Virus record (IMG/VR): IMGVR_UViG_3300021961_000037
Coordinates: 1 to 64,000 of that record
Origin: a virus
Strand: one strand, 5' to 3'
Length of the DNA stretch: 64,000 bases
The translations under genes and the position numbers were made by a program. Below, one piece after another: positions 18,565 through 26,537 of this stretch (position 1 is the first letter of the stretch; each line of letters opens with the position of its first letter). The notes under the pieces were generated by a model that saw nothing but the letters and a program-made list of their open reading frames with translations, was not told where the DNA came from and ran no database searches.

Positions 18565-18801
18565 TTATTTGTTGGCGAATTTCTTGCTTTTCTTGAGGTT
18601 TTCGTACTCTTCCTCAAAAAGTTTCTTGAACTCGGCGCTGTACTTGTTCTCTAGTACGAACCATGCGCGACGCTTTGCTTCCATCCGGCGACGGACTTCT
18701 GCCTTGCGCTCTTCCTTACGGCGCTCTCGCTCTTCTGGGGATAGCGGTTTACGTCCTCGGCGTGTTCCGAGTTTCTTTCGCATTTCTTGATATGTAGTCA
18801 T
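18565..18801 (-). CDS. Small basic helical protein (RRGRKP AT-hook-like)
   Basis: Own promoter, GAAAG RBS and terminator. Confidence 0.7.
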   Translation of the reverse strand: MTTYQEMRKKLGTRRGRKPLSPEERERRKEERKAEVRRRMEAKRRAWFVLENKYSAEFKKLFEEEYENLKKSKKFANK

Positions 18802-18848
18802 AGTTTGCTTTCTTGAGTGTTTTTATTTGGCCCTATCGGGTTAGTAAA

Positions 18849-18963
18849 ATAATACGGTGTTAAAAATCTAATTGCAACCCCCAAAAACTCAGATTCTCTA
18901 ATTACATCCCTGAAATTTGCCGTTCGGGGTGGGGTTGTGTATCGGTGAGCCACTGGTTAGAAT
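18849..18963. promoter_or_regulatory. Divergent SigA-type promoter pair
   Basis: Minus: TTGCAA-17-TATTAT (18877-18849); plus: TTGTGT-17-TAGAAT-6nt-ATG (18935-18963). Confidence 0.65.
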
Positions 18964-18969
18964 AACACC

Positions 18970-19476
18970 ATGAGTTATACACCATTAAAAACACTAGAAA
19001 TGCCCACTGTACGTAGCCTCAAAGAATCAGCCATAATCTGCAAAGATTTTGATGCAGTTCTTACTGTAGGACCTTCTCCTGTTGAGGTGAAGAAATTCAA
19101 TCACCCCAACCACAAGATTGTCTCTTTCGCAGATACGGCAAGCCCCCACTATCCGGATTCACCGAAACTGAGCCAAATTCTTGATGCGGTCACATGGGGG
19201 ATTGGGCAAAGCAATCTTCTTGTCCACTGCCATGCGGGTATATCCCGCTCCACCGCAACAGCGTGGGGCATCGCTATCGGCAACGGGGTGCACCCAGAGC
19301 AAGCAATTAAGATGCTATGCGAAGCACACCCAAATGATTTGTCCCTATGGTCAAATAAGGGAGATAAGCGACCCTTTGCACCAAACCTTCTAATCGTGGA
19401 ACACCTTCAAACTATTTTTGGGTTTAAAAACAACGAACTTAAAACCATTGTCCACAAGTATTCAAGTTGGTACTAA
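18970..19476 (+). CDS. Protein tyrosine/dual-specificity phosphatase-like protein
   Basis: F.D acid loop; VHCHAGISRSTA CX5R P-loop; PN motif. Confidence 0.9.
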   Translation: MSYTPLKTLEMPTVRSLKESAIICKDFDAVLTVGPSPVEVKKFNHPNHKIVSFADTASPHYPDSPKLSQILDAVTWGIGQSNLLVHCHAGISRSTATAWGIAIGNGVHPEQAIKMLCEAHPNDLSLWSNKGDKRPFAPNLLIVEHLQTIFGFKNNELKTIVHKYSSWY

Positions 19477-19478
19477 AC

Positions 19479-20462
19479 ATGAGCAAACTAAATGTTTTCT
19501 ATAACAACGATTACACGGCTTCTCCTGAATCTTTTGAGACCACTCGAAAGTCAAAGTTTGTAGCCAAGAGGCTTGCCAAGCATCACGCAAATGATGTCAA
19601 TGTCGTTGATCCTCGTCATTTTGTACATCAAAGCACAATTGATGAACTCATCACCGCAACACACACCAAACAGTATGTTGACGCACTGAAAACTGGAAAA
19701 CCATTACACCTTGCAGCATCAAGCGGGTTTGAGTGGGGAGCATCAACATACGATTTTGCCCTTGCGCATGCGCATGGCGTCGTAGCATCAGTTGACTTAG
19801 TTATTGAGAACGGTGGTCGTGCTGGGACTCTTTCCTCGGGTCTTCACCATGCATCGCCGGAACATGGTTCTGGTTTTTGCACCGTGAACGGTCTTGCTGT
19901 CGGAGCGTTACGCGCCGTGCAACAAGGACGAAAAGTAATGATTCTTGACTTTGATGCACATTGCGGTGGCGGAACAATGAAGCATCTCAATCGAATGATT
20001 GAAAATGGACAAATCAATAGCGGAGACATCGTTCAGGTTGACCTGAGTGTTTCTGGATTTGATATGTACGAAACAAATACAGCCAACTACAGGCGTGTCG
20101 TTTCACTTCACTCAGACAGCAATATGGGTGACGATGGCGAAGAATCAATATCTGATTCTGGTGACGAATATATTGAGTGGATTACCGATGCTTTGGTGGC
20201 TGCTGAACTTCGTTACCAAGACGACATGATTGTTATCTATAATGCTGGAATTGACCCAATAAATGTTGTTGATTTCGGTGACCCAATGGGAGTTTTGGAG
20301 CGCAGAGAGGAACTGGTATCAAGTTGGATTGCCGATAAGCCATCAGTGTTCACACTGGCTGGTGGCTACAAGTGGAATGATTTTACGCTTGACGACATTG
20401 CGGATGGACATATCATTAACATCGCAATCTGGGCACGACACCTTGCACGGGTAAGCGCATGA
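19479..20462 (+). CDS. Zn-dependent histone-deacetylase family protein (AcuC/AphA-like)
   Basis: GLHHA....GSGFC..N, ILDFDAHCGGGT, YNAGID, LAGGY. Confidence 0.9.
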   Translation: MSKLNVFYNNDYTASPESFETTRKSKFVAKRLAKHHANDVNVVDPRHFVHQSTIDELITATHTKQYVDALKTGKPLHLAASSGFEWGASTYDFALAHAHGVVASVDLVIENGGRAGTLSSGLHHASPEHGSGFCTVNGLAVGALRAVQQGRKVMILDFDAHCGGGTMKHLNRMIENGQINSGDIVQVDLSVSGFDMYETNTANYRRVVSLHSDSNMGDDGEESISDSGDEYIEWITDALVAAELRYQDDMIVIYNAGIDPINVVDFGDPMGVLERREELVSSWIADKPSVFTLAGGYKWNDFTLDDIADGHIINIAIWARHLARVSA

Positions 20463-20719
20463 TTAAACACGGAACATATAACGCCTATACGAATGGTGGA
20501 TGTAGGTGCGACAAGTGTCGGAAGGCTGCGTCTGACTACATGCGCCAGTATCGGTCAACTGCAAAAGGCAGAGAAACGCAACGGTACTACACTGTTTTAG
20601 GAAACAAAAAAGCACAACTAGCATCTCAGTGGGTACAAAAAAATAGACCAGATATTTGGGATGCTATAAGTAAAAAAGCGACAACAATCATTCAGGAAAA
20701 ACAAGGTAAAGGTGGTTGA
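20459..20719 (+). CDS. Small Zn-finger-like phage protein
   Basis: HGT..AY...GCRCDKC. Confidence 0.7.
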   Translation: MIKHGTYNAYTNGGCRCDKCRKAASDYMRQYRSTAKGRETQRYYTVLGNKKAQLASQWVQKNRPDIWDAISKKATTIIQEKQGKGG

Positions 20720-20722
20720 CCA

Positions 20723-20986
20723 ATGAAAAACTCCTACAATCCACAAGAGGAAATAAGTGATATTTCACAGCGCCTAACTGAACTTGCGGAGACCTACGAA
20801 AAACGAATCAAAGCGCTTGAGGAAATGGTCATCTCCATGGAAAAACTTCTCAAAGATATGGCGACAAAAAGTGCTTACTTTGAACGCGGTCAACACCGAC
20901 TGGGCACTAAGATTGACAACATTGAAGGAACCATTGGGAAAACATTTCCCTCTATTGGAGATACGACGAAATGGACAAAACAGTAA
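20723..20986 (+). CDS. Hypothetical coiled-coil protein
   Basis: ORF in operon. Confidence 0.6.
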   Translation: MKNSYNPQEEISDISQRLTELAETYEKRIKALEEMVISMEKLLKDMATKSAYFERGQHRLGTKIDNIEGTIGKTFPSIGDTTKWTKQ

Positions 20987-22854
20987 ACACTAAGCCAAAA
21001 CTGTTAAGCCTCTTTTCTGGCGTTGGTGGGTTTGATCTTGGTTTAGAAAATGCTGGCATGGAAACCGTTTTCCAGTGCGAATGGGACAAGCACGCTGCGG
21101 ATATCCTTCATGCACACTGGCGGGATGTTCCCAAATGGGGAGATATTTCAACCCTAACCGGGAAACACATTCTTGATTGTGCCCCAATCATAGATGTTGT
21201 TGCATGGGGGTCGCCATGCCAAGACCTTTCCGTGGCTGGCAAACGTGCGGGGTTGGGTGGCGAACGCTCAGGATTGTTCCACGAAGGTATTCGAATCATC
21301 AAAGAAATAAGGGAGTTGACAAATGGAAAATACCCAAGAATCTCTATTTGGGAAAACGTCGCCGGAGCCCTATCGTCCAGCAATGGTGCCGACTTCGGGC
21401 AAGTCCTCTACGAAATGGATGAAGCAGGGGCGTGTTTCTCGGAGTGGCGAATGTTGGATGCGCAATACTTCGGAGTCCCACAACGGCGTCGAAGAGTGTT
21501 CCTCGTCTCTGTCTTCGATTCTTCAATCGCCCAAAAGTGTCCAGACCCGTTACTACCTGTCAGCGAAGGCGTGCGCTGGGATTCTGCGGCGAGCCGACCG
21601 ACGGGGGAAGACGCTACCCGAGCGACTGAGCAAAGCCTTGGAAGCGGTAGTGAAGTCGCAAACACCATCTCTGCCAGCCTCTACCACCACGGAACAGTAG
21701 TCAATCAAGATGCAAATAATGGGCATGTAGTTGTCAACGAACCGTATACGGTGACAAGTTTTGCCAAATACGAACAAGGTGTTGGAACATTGCGTTCCAA
21801 TGGTGGCGATTTGGCTGGCGGGTCGGAAACCATACTCGTGGAAAATATTGTGTCCGACGAAAACCAAGAGCGTGTCCAAAAAGCAATCATCATGCGTCAG
21901 CGCGAAGGCAAACCCGGTGGTGGCAAGGGGCCGCTATTGTCCGTAGACAAATCGCTTACGCTGGCGGCTAATGCGAATGATCAAACATTGTTCGTAGAGG
22001 AACCGATGCTTATTGACGGTCGCCGTATTGATGATGTTCGTGTCTATGAACCTCCAGTGCAAACCTTGCAAGCACGCATGGGTACTGGTGGGAATAATGT
22101 TCCTGTCATAGGTTTTTCCCACACTCAAGGTTTGTCTGCACAACCATCCGAATCAGCGTGGCCAACCTTACGGACTCAGGGGGCAGGGATGGCGGTGGCT
22201 ATCCCAATTCAGGATGGGCGAGATATGGAGAAACACCAAAATGGTATTGGAATCGGTGAAGAAGGCGCCCCTTCCTACACAATTGACCAGACTGGTGCGC
22301 AAGCAGTTGCGTATTCAATTCGCGAGGACGCAAAAGCCAATACATTCTCTGCAACGGAACTTGACAAAGCGAACGCCTTGGGTGCGCTAAGACCATCACC
22401 CCAATCACATCATGCCCAAATGTTCATTGTTGAAAACACTGGTGGCAACTCGGTTATTCAATACGACGGCTACAACCAAAAAGTAAACGAAGATGATGTG
22501 TCTGTGACAATCAGAATTGGTCGTGACTCATCTGACTGTATTGCCCAACCACAAGAAGTCGTTGGGACTCTTCGCAGTGGAGGAGATGGCGGTGTCCCTT
22601 CAAGCCGTGGCGAACATCTGGTCATTGACAATCAGGTTCAGGAAGAGCCACTTATGGCGGTGCGGAGGCTGACCCCGCTGGAATGCGAACGACTCATGGG
22701 ATGGCCAGATGAATGGACCAGATGGAAGTCGGATGGCAGTGAGCAATCTGATACGCACCGATACAAGCAGTGCGGCAACGGTGTCGCTTCTCCGGTCGCC
22801 CAATGGATTGGCGAAACTATTGTTCGGATTATCGGCTCTGCCGACGAAAACTAG
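20971..22854 (+). CDS. DNA (cytosine-5) methyltransferase with long variable region
   Basis: LSLFSGVGG (I), GSPCQDLS (IV), ENV (VI), PQRRRR (VIII), RRLTPLECERLMG (IX), YKQCGNG (X). Confidence 0.95.
   Translation: MDKTVNTKPKLLSLFSGVGGFDLGLENAGMETVFQCEWDKHAADILHAHWRDVPKWGDISTLTGKHILDCAPIIDVVAWGSPCQDLSVAGKRAGLGGERSGLFHEGIRIIKEIRELTNGKYPRISIWENVAGALSSSNGADFGQVLYEMDEAGACFSEWRMLDAQYFGVPQRRRRVFLVSVFDSSIAQKCPDPLLPVSEGVRWDSAASRPTGEDATRATEQSLGSGSEVANTISASLYHHGTVVNQDANNGHVVVNEPYTVTSFAKYEQGVGTLRSNGGDLAGGSETILVENIVSDENQERVQKAIIMRQREGKPGGGKGPLLSVDKSLTLAANANDQTLFVEEPMLIDGRRIDDVRVYEPPVQTLQARMGTGGNNVPVIGFSHTQGLSAQPSESAWPTLRTQGAGMAVAIPIQDGRDMEKHQNGIGIGEEGAPSYTIDQTGAQAVAYSIREDAKANTFSATELDKANALGALRPSPQSHHAQMFIVENTGGNSVIQYDGYNQKVNEDDVSVTIRIGRDSSDCIAQPQEVVGTLRSGGDGGVPSSRGEHLVIDNQVQEEPLMAVRRLTPLECERLMGWPDEWTRWKSDGSEQSDTHRYKQCGNGVASPVAQWIGETIVRIIGSADEN
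21323..21700 (+). CDS. Overprinted alternate-frame ORF within the methyltransferase (M.EcoHK31I beta-polypeptide-like arrangement)
   Basis: 125 aa, GGGAG RBS 7 nt upstream; protein-like ...SLSSIL...YYLSAKACAGILRRADRRGKTLP..L..AL. Confidence 0.65.
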   Translation: MENTQESLFGKTSPEPYRPAMVPTSGKSSTKWMKQGRVSRSGECWMRNTSESHNGVEECSSSLSSILQSPKSVQTRYYLSAKACAGILRRADRRGKTLPERLSKALEAVVKSQTPSLPASTTTEQ

Positions 22855-23255
22855 TTCTTTTTAAATTCGGCCCAGGTCTTATCTCCAACACCGAAATATT
22901 CTCTGGCGTAGCCAGATTCGATGATGTCTTTATTTAGACAAGCAGTTTTGGGGTCGTTGATATCTTCCGAAGAATAGATGCGAGCCAAAATTCGCCCGTA
23001 TTTATCGTTTTTGTCGGGGATTGTGTTCACATACACCCATTTGTGATTAGTCAACCAATCCTTTGTGAAGGCTTTGGCTTTCAAACCTAGTTCTTTTTCA
23101 GCCAAATCTTTTGTTCGTGATTCGGGCGTGTTGACACCATAAAGACGAACGCGAATCTTGTGATGGATGTTGAATCCAAGGTCAACCATTAGGTCAACCG
23201 TATCGCCATCAACTACATGCAAAACTGTTGCGCCGTACCAAAACCGTTCGCTCAT
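22851..23255 (-). CDS. Thermonuclease (SNase-like)
   Basis: VVDGDT, RVRLYGVNTPE, DKYGRILA. Confidence 0.9.
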   Translation of the reverse strand: MSERFWYGATVLHVVDGDTVDLMVDLGFNIHHKIRVRLYGVNTPESRTKDLAEKELGLKAKAFTKDWLTNHKWVYVNTIPDKNDKYGRILARIYSSEDINDPKTACLNKDIIESGYAREYFGVGDKTWAEFKKN

Positions 23256-23596
23256 TAGGATTGTTCCTTAATCAAATTTTCTTTGATAATCCACAACTTG
23301 CAAATTGCGTCAGCCTCAATCTCACCTTCAACAATTTCGCAGCCTTTGCCACCCTCAAAGAATTCACAATTTGAGCAAATCATCCCCTCTGCTTTGAATG
23401 GTGACTTTGCCACATAATGTGCGCCATCTGAACCTGTTCCTTGATTCCATTTCCCAAACTTCTTTGAGATTGCTTCGTACATTTCATACATTGCCTTTTG
23501 ACGAGGATTCAAGTCGGCGTTGTCTTCTTCGTCAGGCTTCGCAATTACTATGCGGGCATTCTGTAAAAGCGCTCGCATTAGTTCGTGGTTATGCAT
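23255..23596 (-). CDS. Protein with HiPIP-like 4-Cys domain
   Basis: HY...CSNCEFF.....CEIVEGEI....ICKLW. Confidence 0.6.
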   Translation of the reverse strand: MHNHELMRALLQNARIVIAKPDEEDNADLNPRQKAMYEMYEAISKKFGKWNQGTGSDGAHYVAKSPFKAEGMICSNCEFFEGGKGCEIVEGEIEADAICKLWIIKENLIKEQS

Positions 23597-23614
23597 ATCT
23601 CTATTATCCCATAC

Positions 23615-23664
23615 AAAGCAAAACCCCCGCCTCAACCCCATGTTTCGGGGTCTTGGCGGGGGTT
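23615..23664 (-). terminator. Terminator after major capsid gene
   Basis: AACCCCCGCC/GGCGGGGGTT stem followed by T-rich tail on minus strand. Confidence 0.75.
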
Positions 23665-23689
23665 ACGCTTCAAACGGCGTTAGCCGTTA

Positions 23690-24997
23690 TCAGGCAGGTG
23701 CTCCGTCGAACGTGACAGCAACGAACGCCTCAGGGCGCTTGACGGCGAGCGCAAGGCGCTGCTCGGCAAGAACCACGATTGCGTTACGGACGAAGAAGTC
23801 CGCATGCTGTTCGCTGATTCGGATGGACGCTTGCTCGCGGTCGTACAACTGCGCGCCGGTTCCGAACGCACCGACGAGAGCGGTGCCCTCGGCGATGGCA
23901 GGAGTGTCCACGACGGGGATGCGCCACAAACGTGGCTGACCACCGAGTGCAACCGAGACAGCAACGAGGTACTGACCGTTGTTGTCCTTCGACAGTTCGA
24001 TGTCTTCCCAGTCGTTCGGGTGCAAAACGACACCCGTCGGCTCGTAGTACGCAAGGAACGACAGCGTGGCAGCGCGACGAATCGCGTCAGCCTTGAGGTC
24101 GCCCACTGCGCCAGAAGACCAGTCGTAGGTCTGGATGCCCGATGTCTGAAGAACGCCAGTCAGGTTCTCGCCGGTGCCATCACCGTTGAGAATCTGCTCG
24201 TCTTCCTGCAGACGGAGACCGTACATCAACTCGTTGTCGATGATCGAGCGCAACTGCGGCTCGTCAGCAAGAACGTTGCGGTGTGCGGCTTCCCAGTGGG
24301 CGAGTGTGCGGACAGGAGCCTGCTCACCAACGAATGTGAAGCCAGACTGCGGCTTCGCTGCGAAGGTTGCCGGCGAACCACCACGCTCAGCAACTGCTGC
24401 GGCGTTGTTGGTGAAGCCCGTCATGCGGAAGTACTCGATCACTGCTGCAGTGGTCGTGCGGGTTGGGAACAGGTCACGAACGCGACGTGTGCGCATCGGC
24501 GGAACGACGATGGCGTCACGCTGAACCGAGCCGAAAGAACCAGGGGTGCCACTCGGCAGTGCCGAGTAGATGTCCTTGGTGCCCCAAGCGCCGGTCACAT
24601 CGGCACGGTTGACCATGTAAGGCGAAGGCATGTTCGCGCCGTTACGACCCTGGTTCAGAGCCTTGAACTCGTCGGATGTTGTGAACATCTCGCCGAGGCT
24701 CTTGGCCTGATACGGAGCCGGAGCGGACTGCGAAGCGACGGCGGCTGCCTGAGCGACGGACTCAGCCGACGACTCCGAACCCCAGCGCTCTGCATCGCGC
24801 ATTCCCTCAAGACCCTCAATGAGTCCCTTGATTTCGCGAATGTCCGACATGTTGCGGTCAAACGCACTCTTCTGTTCTGCGGAAACAACAACTGTTCCAT
24901 CTTCGACCTTGAAAGAGTCGGCAATGGTCTTGTTGTCCGCCATCTTTGCGCGAAGTGCACCTTGCAGTTCGCGGAGACGACTGTCATCGAATGACAT
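23690..24997 (-). CDS. Major capsid protein, HK97 fold with N-terminal delta domain
   Basis: AAAVAE....KP, VRTLAHW, L.D.PQL.S.I, QILNGDG, LHPNDW..I...KD.NG.Y, RLALAV.RPEAF; AGGAGG RBS. Confidence 0.95.
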   Translation of the reverse strand: MSFDDSRLRELQGALRAKMADNKTIADSFKVEDGTVVVSAEQKSAFDRNMSDIREIKGLIEGLEGMRDAERWGSESSAESVAQAAAVASQSAPAPYQAKSLGEMFTTSDEFKALNQGRNGANMPSPYMVNRADVTGAWGTKDIYSALPSGTPGSFGSVQRDAIVVPPMRTRRVRDLFPTRTTTAAVIEYFRMTGFTNNAAAVAERGGSPATFAAKPQSGFTFVGEQAPVRTLAHWEAAHRNVLADEPQLRSIIDNELMYGLRLQEDEQILNGDGTGENLTGVLQTSGIQTYDWSSGAVGDLKADAIRRAATLSFLAYYEPTGVVLHPNDWEDIELSKDNNGQYLVAVSVALGGQPRLWRIPVVDTPAIAEGTALVGAFGTGAQLYDREQASIRISEQHADFFVRNAIVVLAEQRLALAVKRPEAFVAVTFDGAPA

Positions 24998-25161
24998 ATT
25001 ATTCCTCCTACGGAATAGTTTGGATGGGTGATTTGTATTTCTTGTCGCGACTTAGGTAAGCACCCAGTCCAGTAACGTTTAAATTACTGTACTAATGAGA
25101 ATAACACTTTGGTAGTACTTTAAAATGCAACCCCCATAACGGGCAGTTGTATTTGATATCT

Positions 25162-26295
25162 TTACAGCCTTTTATACCGTTTAACTACTTGGGGGCAGCA
25201 CGCAGATTTGTATTTGATACCAAACTCTCCATCATCAAAATTGCCATCTTTCTTGGCATTTTTGGGGTCTTTGGATGGATGATTTGCGGGAATAAGGTCA
25301 AAATCTTTCCGCGTTCCCTTCGGCATGGGGGCAGATGAACTCATTGCTTTCAGAAATGTTCCAACCCTTTTCATCGCCTCTTTTTCATCACCAACAGACA
25401 AACCACGTAGATAGACAGTCTTCAAATCACGAAGATTTGTTCTGAACAATGGGTTGTCAACATCGGCATTATGACGCCTAACACGGATAGCGAGAGCATT
25501 CACTGCCTCGCTGTCAATTGTCGGTATTTTTCGTTTCGGACGGTTTATTTCCTTCTTCTGAATAAAAGAATCCGCTAGTTCTTTCTTCCTCCCACGACGA
25601 CGACCACGAGGCGAGTTATCGCCACGAATGTTCATCACACGGTTATAGTCGGATCCGTTTGAGCACGGCAACCAAACAATCTTGCCGTCGCGTGCCGTAT
25701 ATCTCCTGATTCCTATACATCCGAGGTTTCTTGAGCGGACACGAGCAGAATCGGGGTTGGTGAATACATCAGGGTCGGTTGATCGACTTACAAAGTTGAC
25801 AAATCCTTTATGGTCAATGTCTGTTACGTCTTCATCTTTTCCTGCAACTGGTGCAGACATAAGACCGCCACCGTCAATAGTCTCAATCCCAATTACGCCA
25901 CGCTGACCCAAATTTTCAAACTTGTCGGTTGCAACACATGGTGCGTAGTACCGTTCTCCGCCAAGGATAACTACACGTACTTTTGAGCATCCATTGCGCT
26001 TTGATGCAGCAAGAGCCATCCCTCTGTCTTTGTAATATTCTGAAGATTTTGATTCCATTCTCAGCGACCTGTGAACAATCTCGGCCTCTGAGACAAAACG
26101 GCTTTTTGCCCCCGCCTTCAGATATTCAGACTTACCTTTTCGGATAGCGACAAACTCGTCGTGAGACGCACAGGGCATCCACGACCCGTCAGCCTCGTGT
26201 GCACCACGGCATCCGAGTTGGCGGGCTACACGAAGAGCCTGTTCACGAGAGACTTTCGGTTTTTCACCTTTTGAAGAAAAGGAAACAGATTTCAT
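25162..26295 (-). CDS. Head-module protein with three A...A...GC...W/Y.PC repeats (DUF3721-like) and a C-terminal LK.VY.RG...DL.P..HP domain
   Basis: LGCRGAH...WMPC; NGCSKV...YAPC; LGCIGI...WLPC. Confidence 0.7.
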   Translation of the reverse strand: MKSVSFSSKGEKPKVSREQALRVARQLGCRGAHEADGSWMPCASHDEFVAIRKGKSEYLKAGAKSRFVSEAEIVHRSLRMESKSSEYYKDRGMALAASKRNGCSKVRVVILGGERYYAPCVATDKFENLGQRGVIGIETIDGGGLMSAPVAGKDEDVTDIDHKGFVNFVSRSTDPDVFTNPDSARVRSRNLGCIGIRRYTARDGKIVWLPCSNGSDYNRVMNIRGDNSPRGRRRGRKKELADSFIQKKEINRPKRKIPTIDSEAVNALAIRVRRHNADVDNPLFRTNLRDLKTVYLRGLSVGDEKEAMKRVGTFLKAMSSSAPMPKGTRKDFDLIPANHPSKDPKNAKKDGNFDDGEFGIKYKSACCPQVVKRYKRL

Positions 26296-26537
26296 TAATC
26301 TTCTATTTCTATATTTTCCATGGATGAACCCATGAACTCATCGTAAAGTTCATCAATCTTGTCTCTATTCTCTGGCTGGGAAAGGTACCACGCCATCATG
26401 TCTGACGCATTTTCATCGTCTGATTCATTTGCGAAGGCAACAGCAATCGTCAAAATACGTTGGCGAAGTTCCGGTGACTCCACATTGTCAAAAAATTCTG
26501 CGCGCATTGCAACAATGTCTTCATCTGAAAGTTTCAT
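26295..26537 (-). CDS. Small acidic protein, candidate immunity/partner of the GNAT effector
   Basis: TAATG-coupled directly after the 1018-aa gene. Confidence 0.6.
   Translation of the reverse strand: MKLSDEDIVAMRAEFFDNVESPELRQRILTIAVAFANESDDENASDMMAWYLSQPENRDKIDELYDEFMGSSMENIEIED

Noticed and set aside
23804-24994. 396-aa plus-strand ORF antisense to the capsid gene
   Set aside because: Shadow ORF from strong codon bias of the capsid gene; no recognisable motifs or RBS
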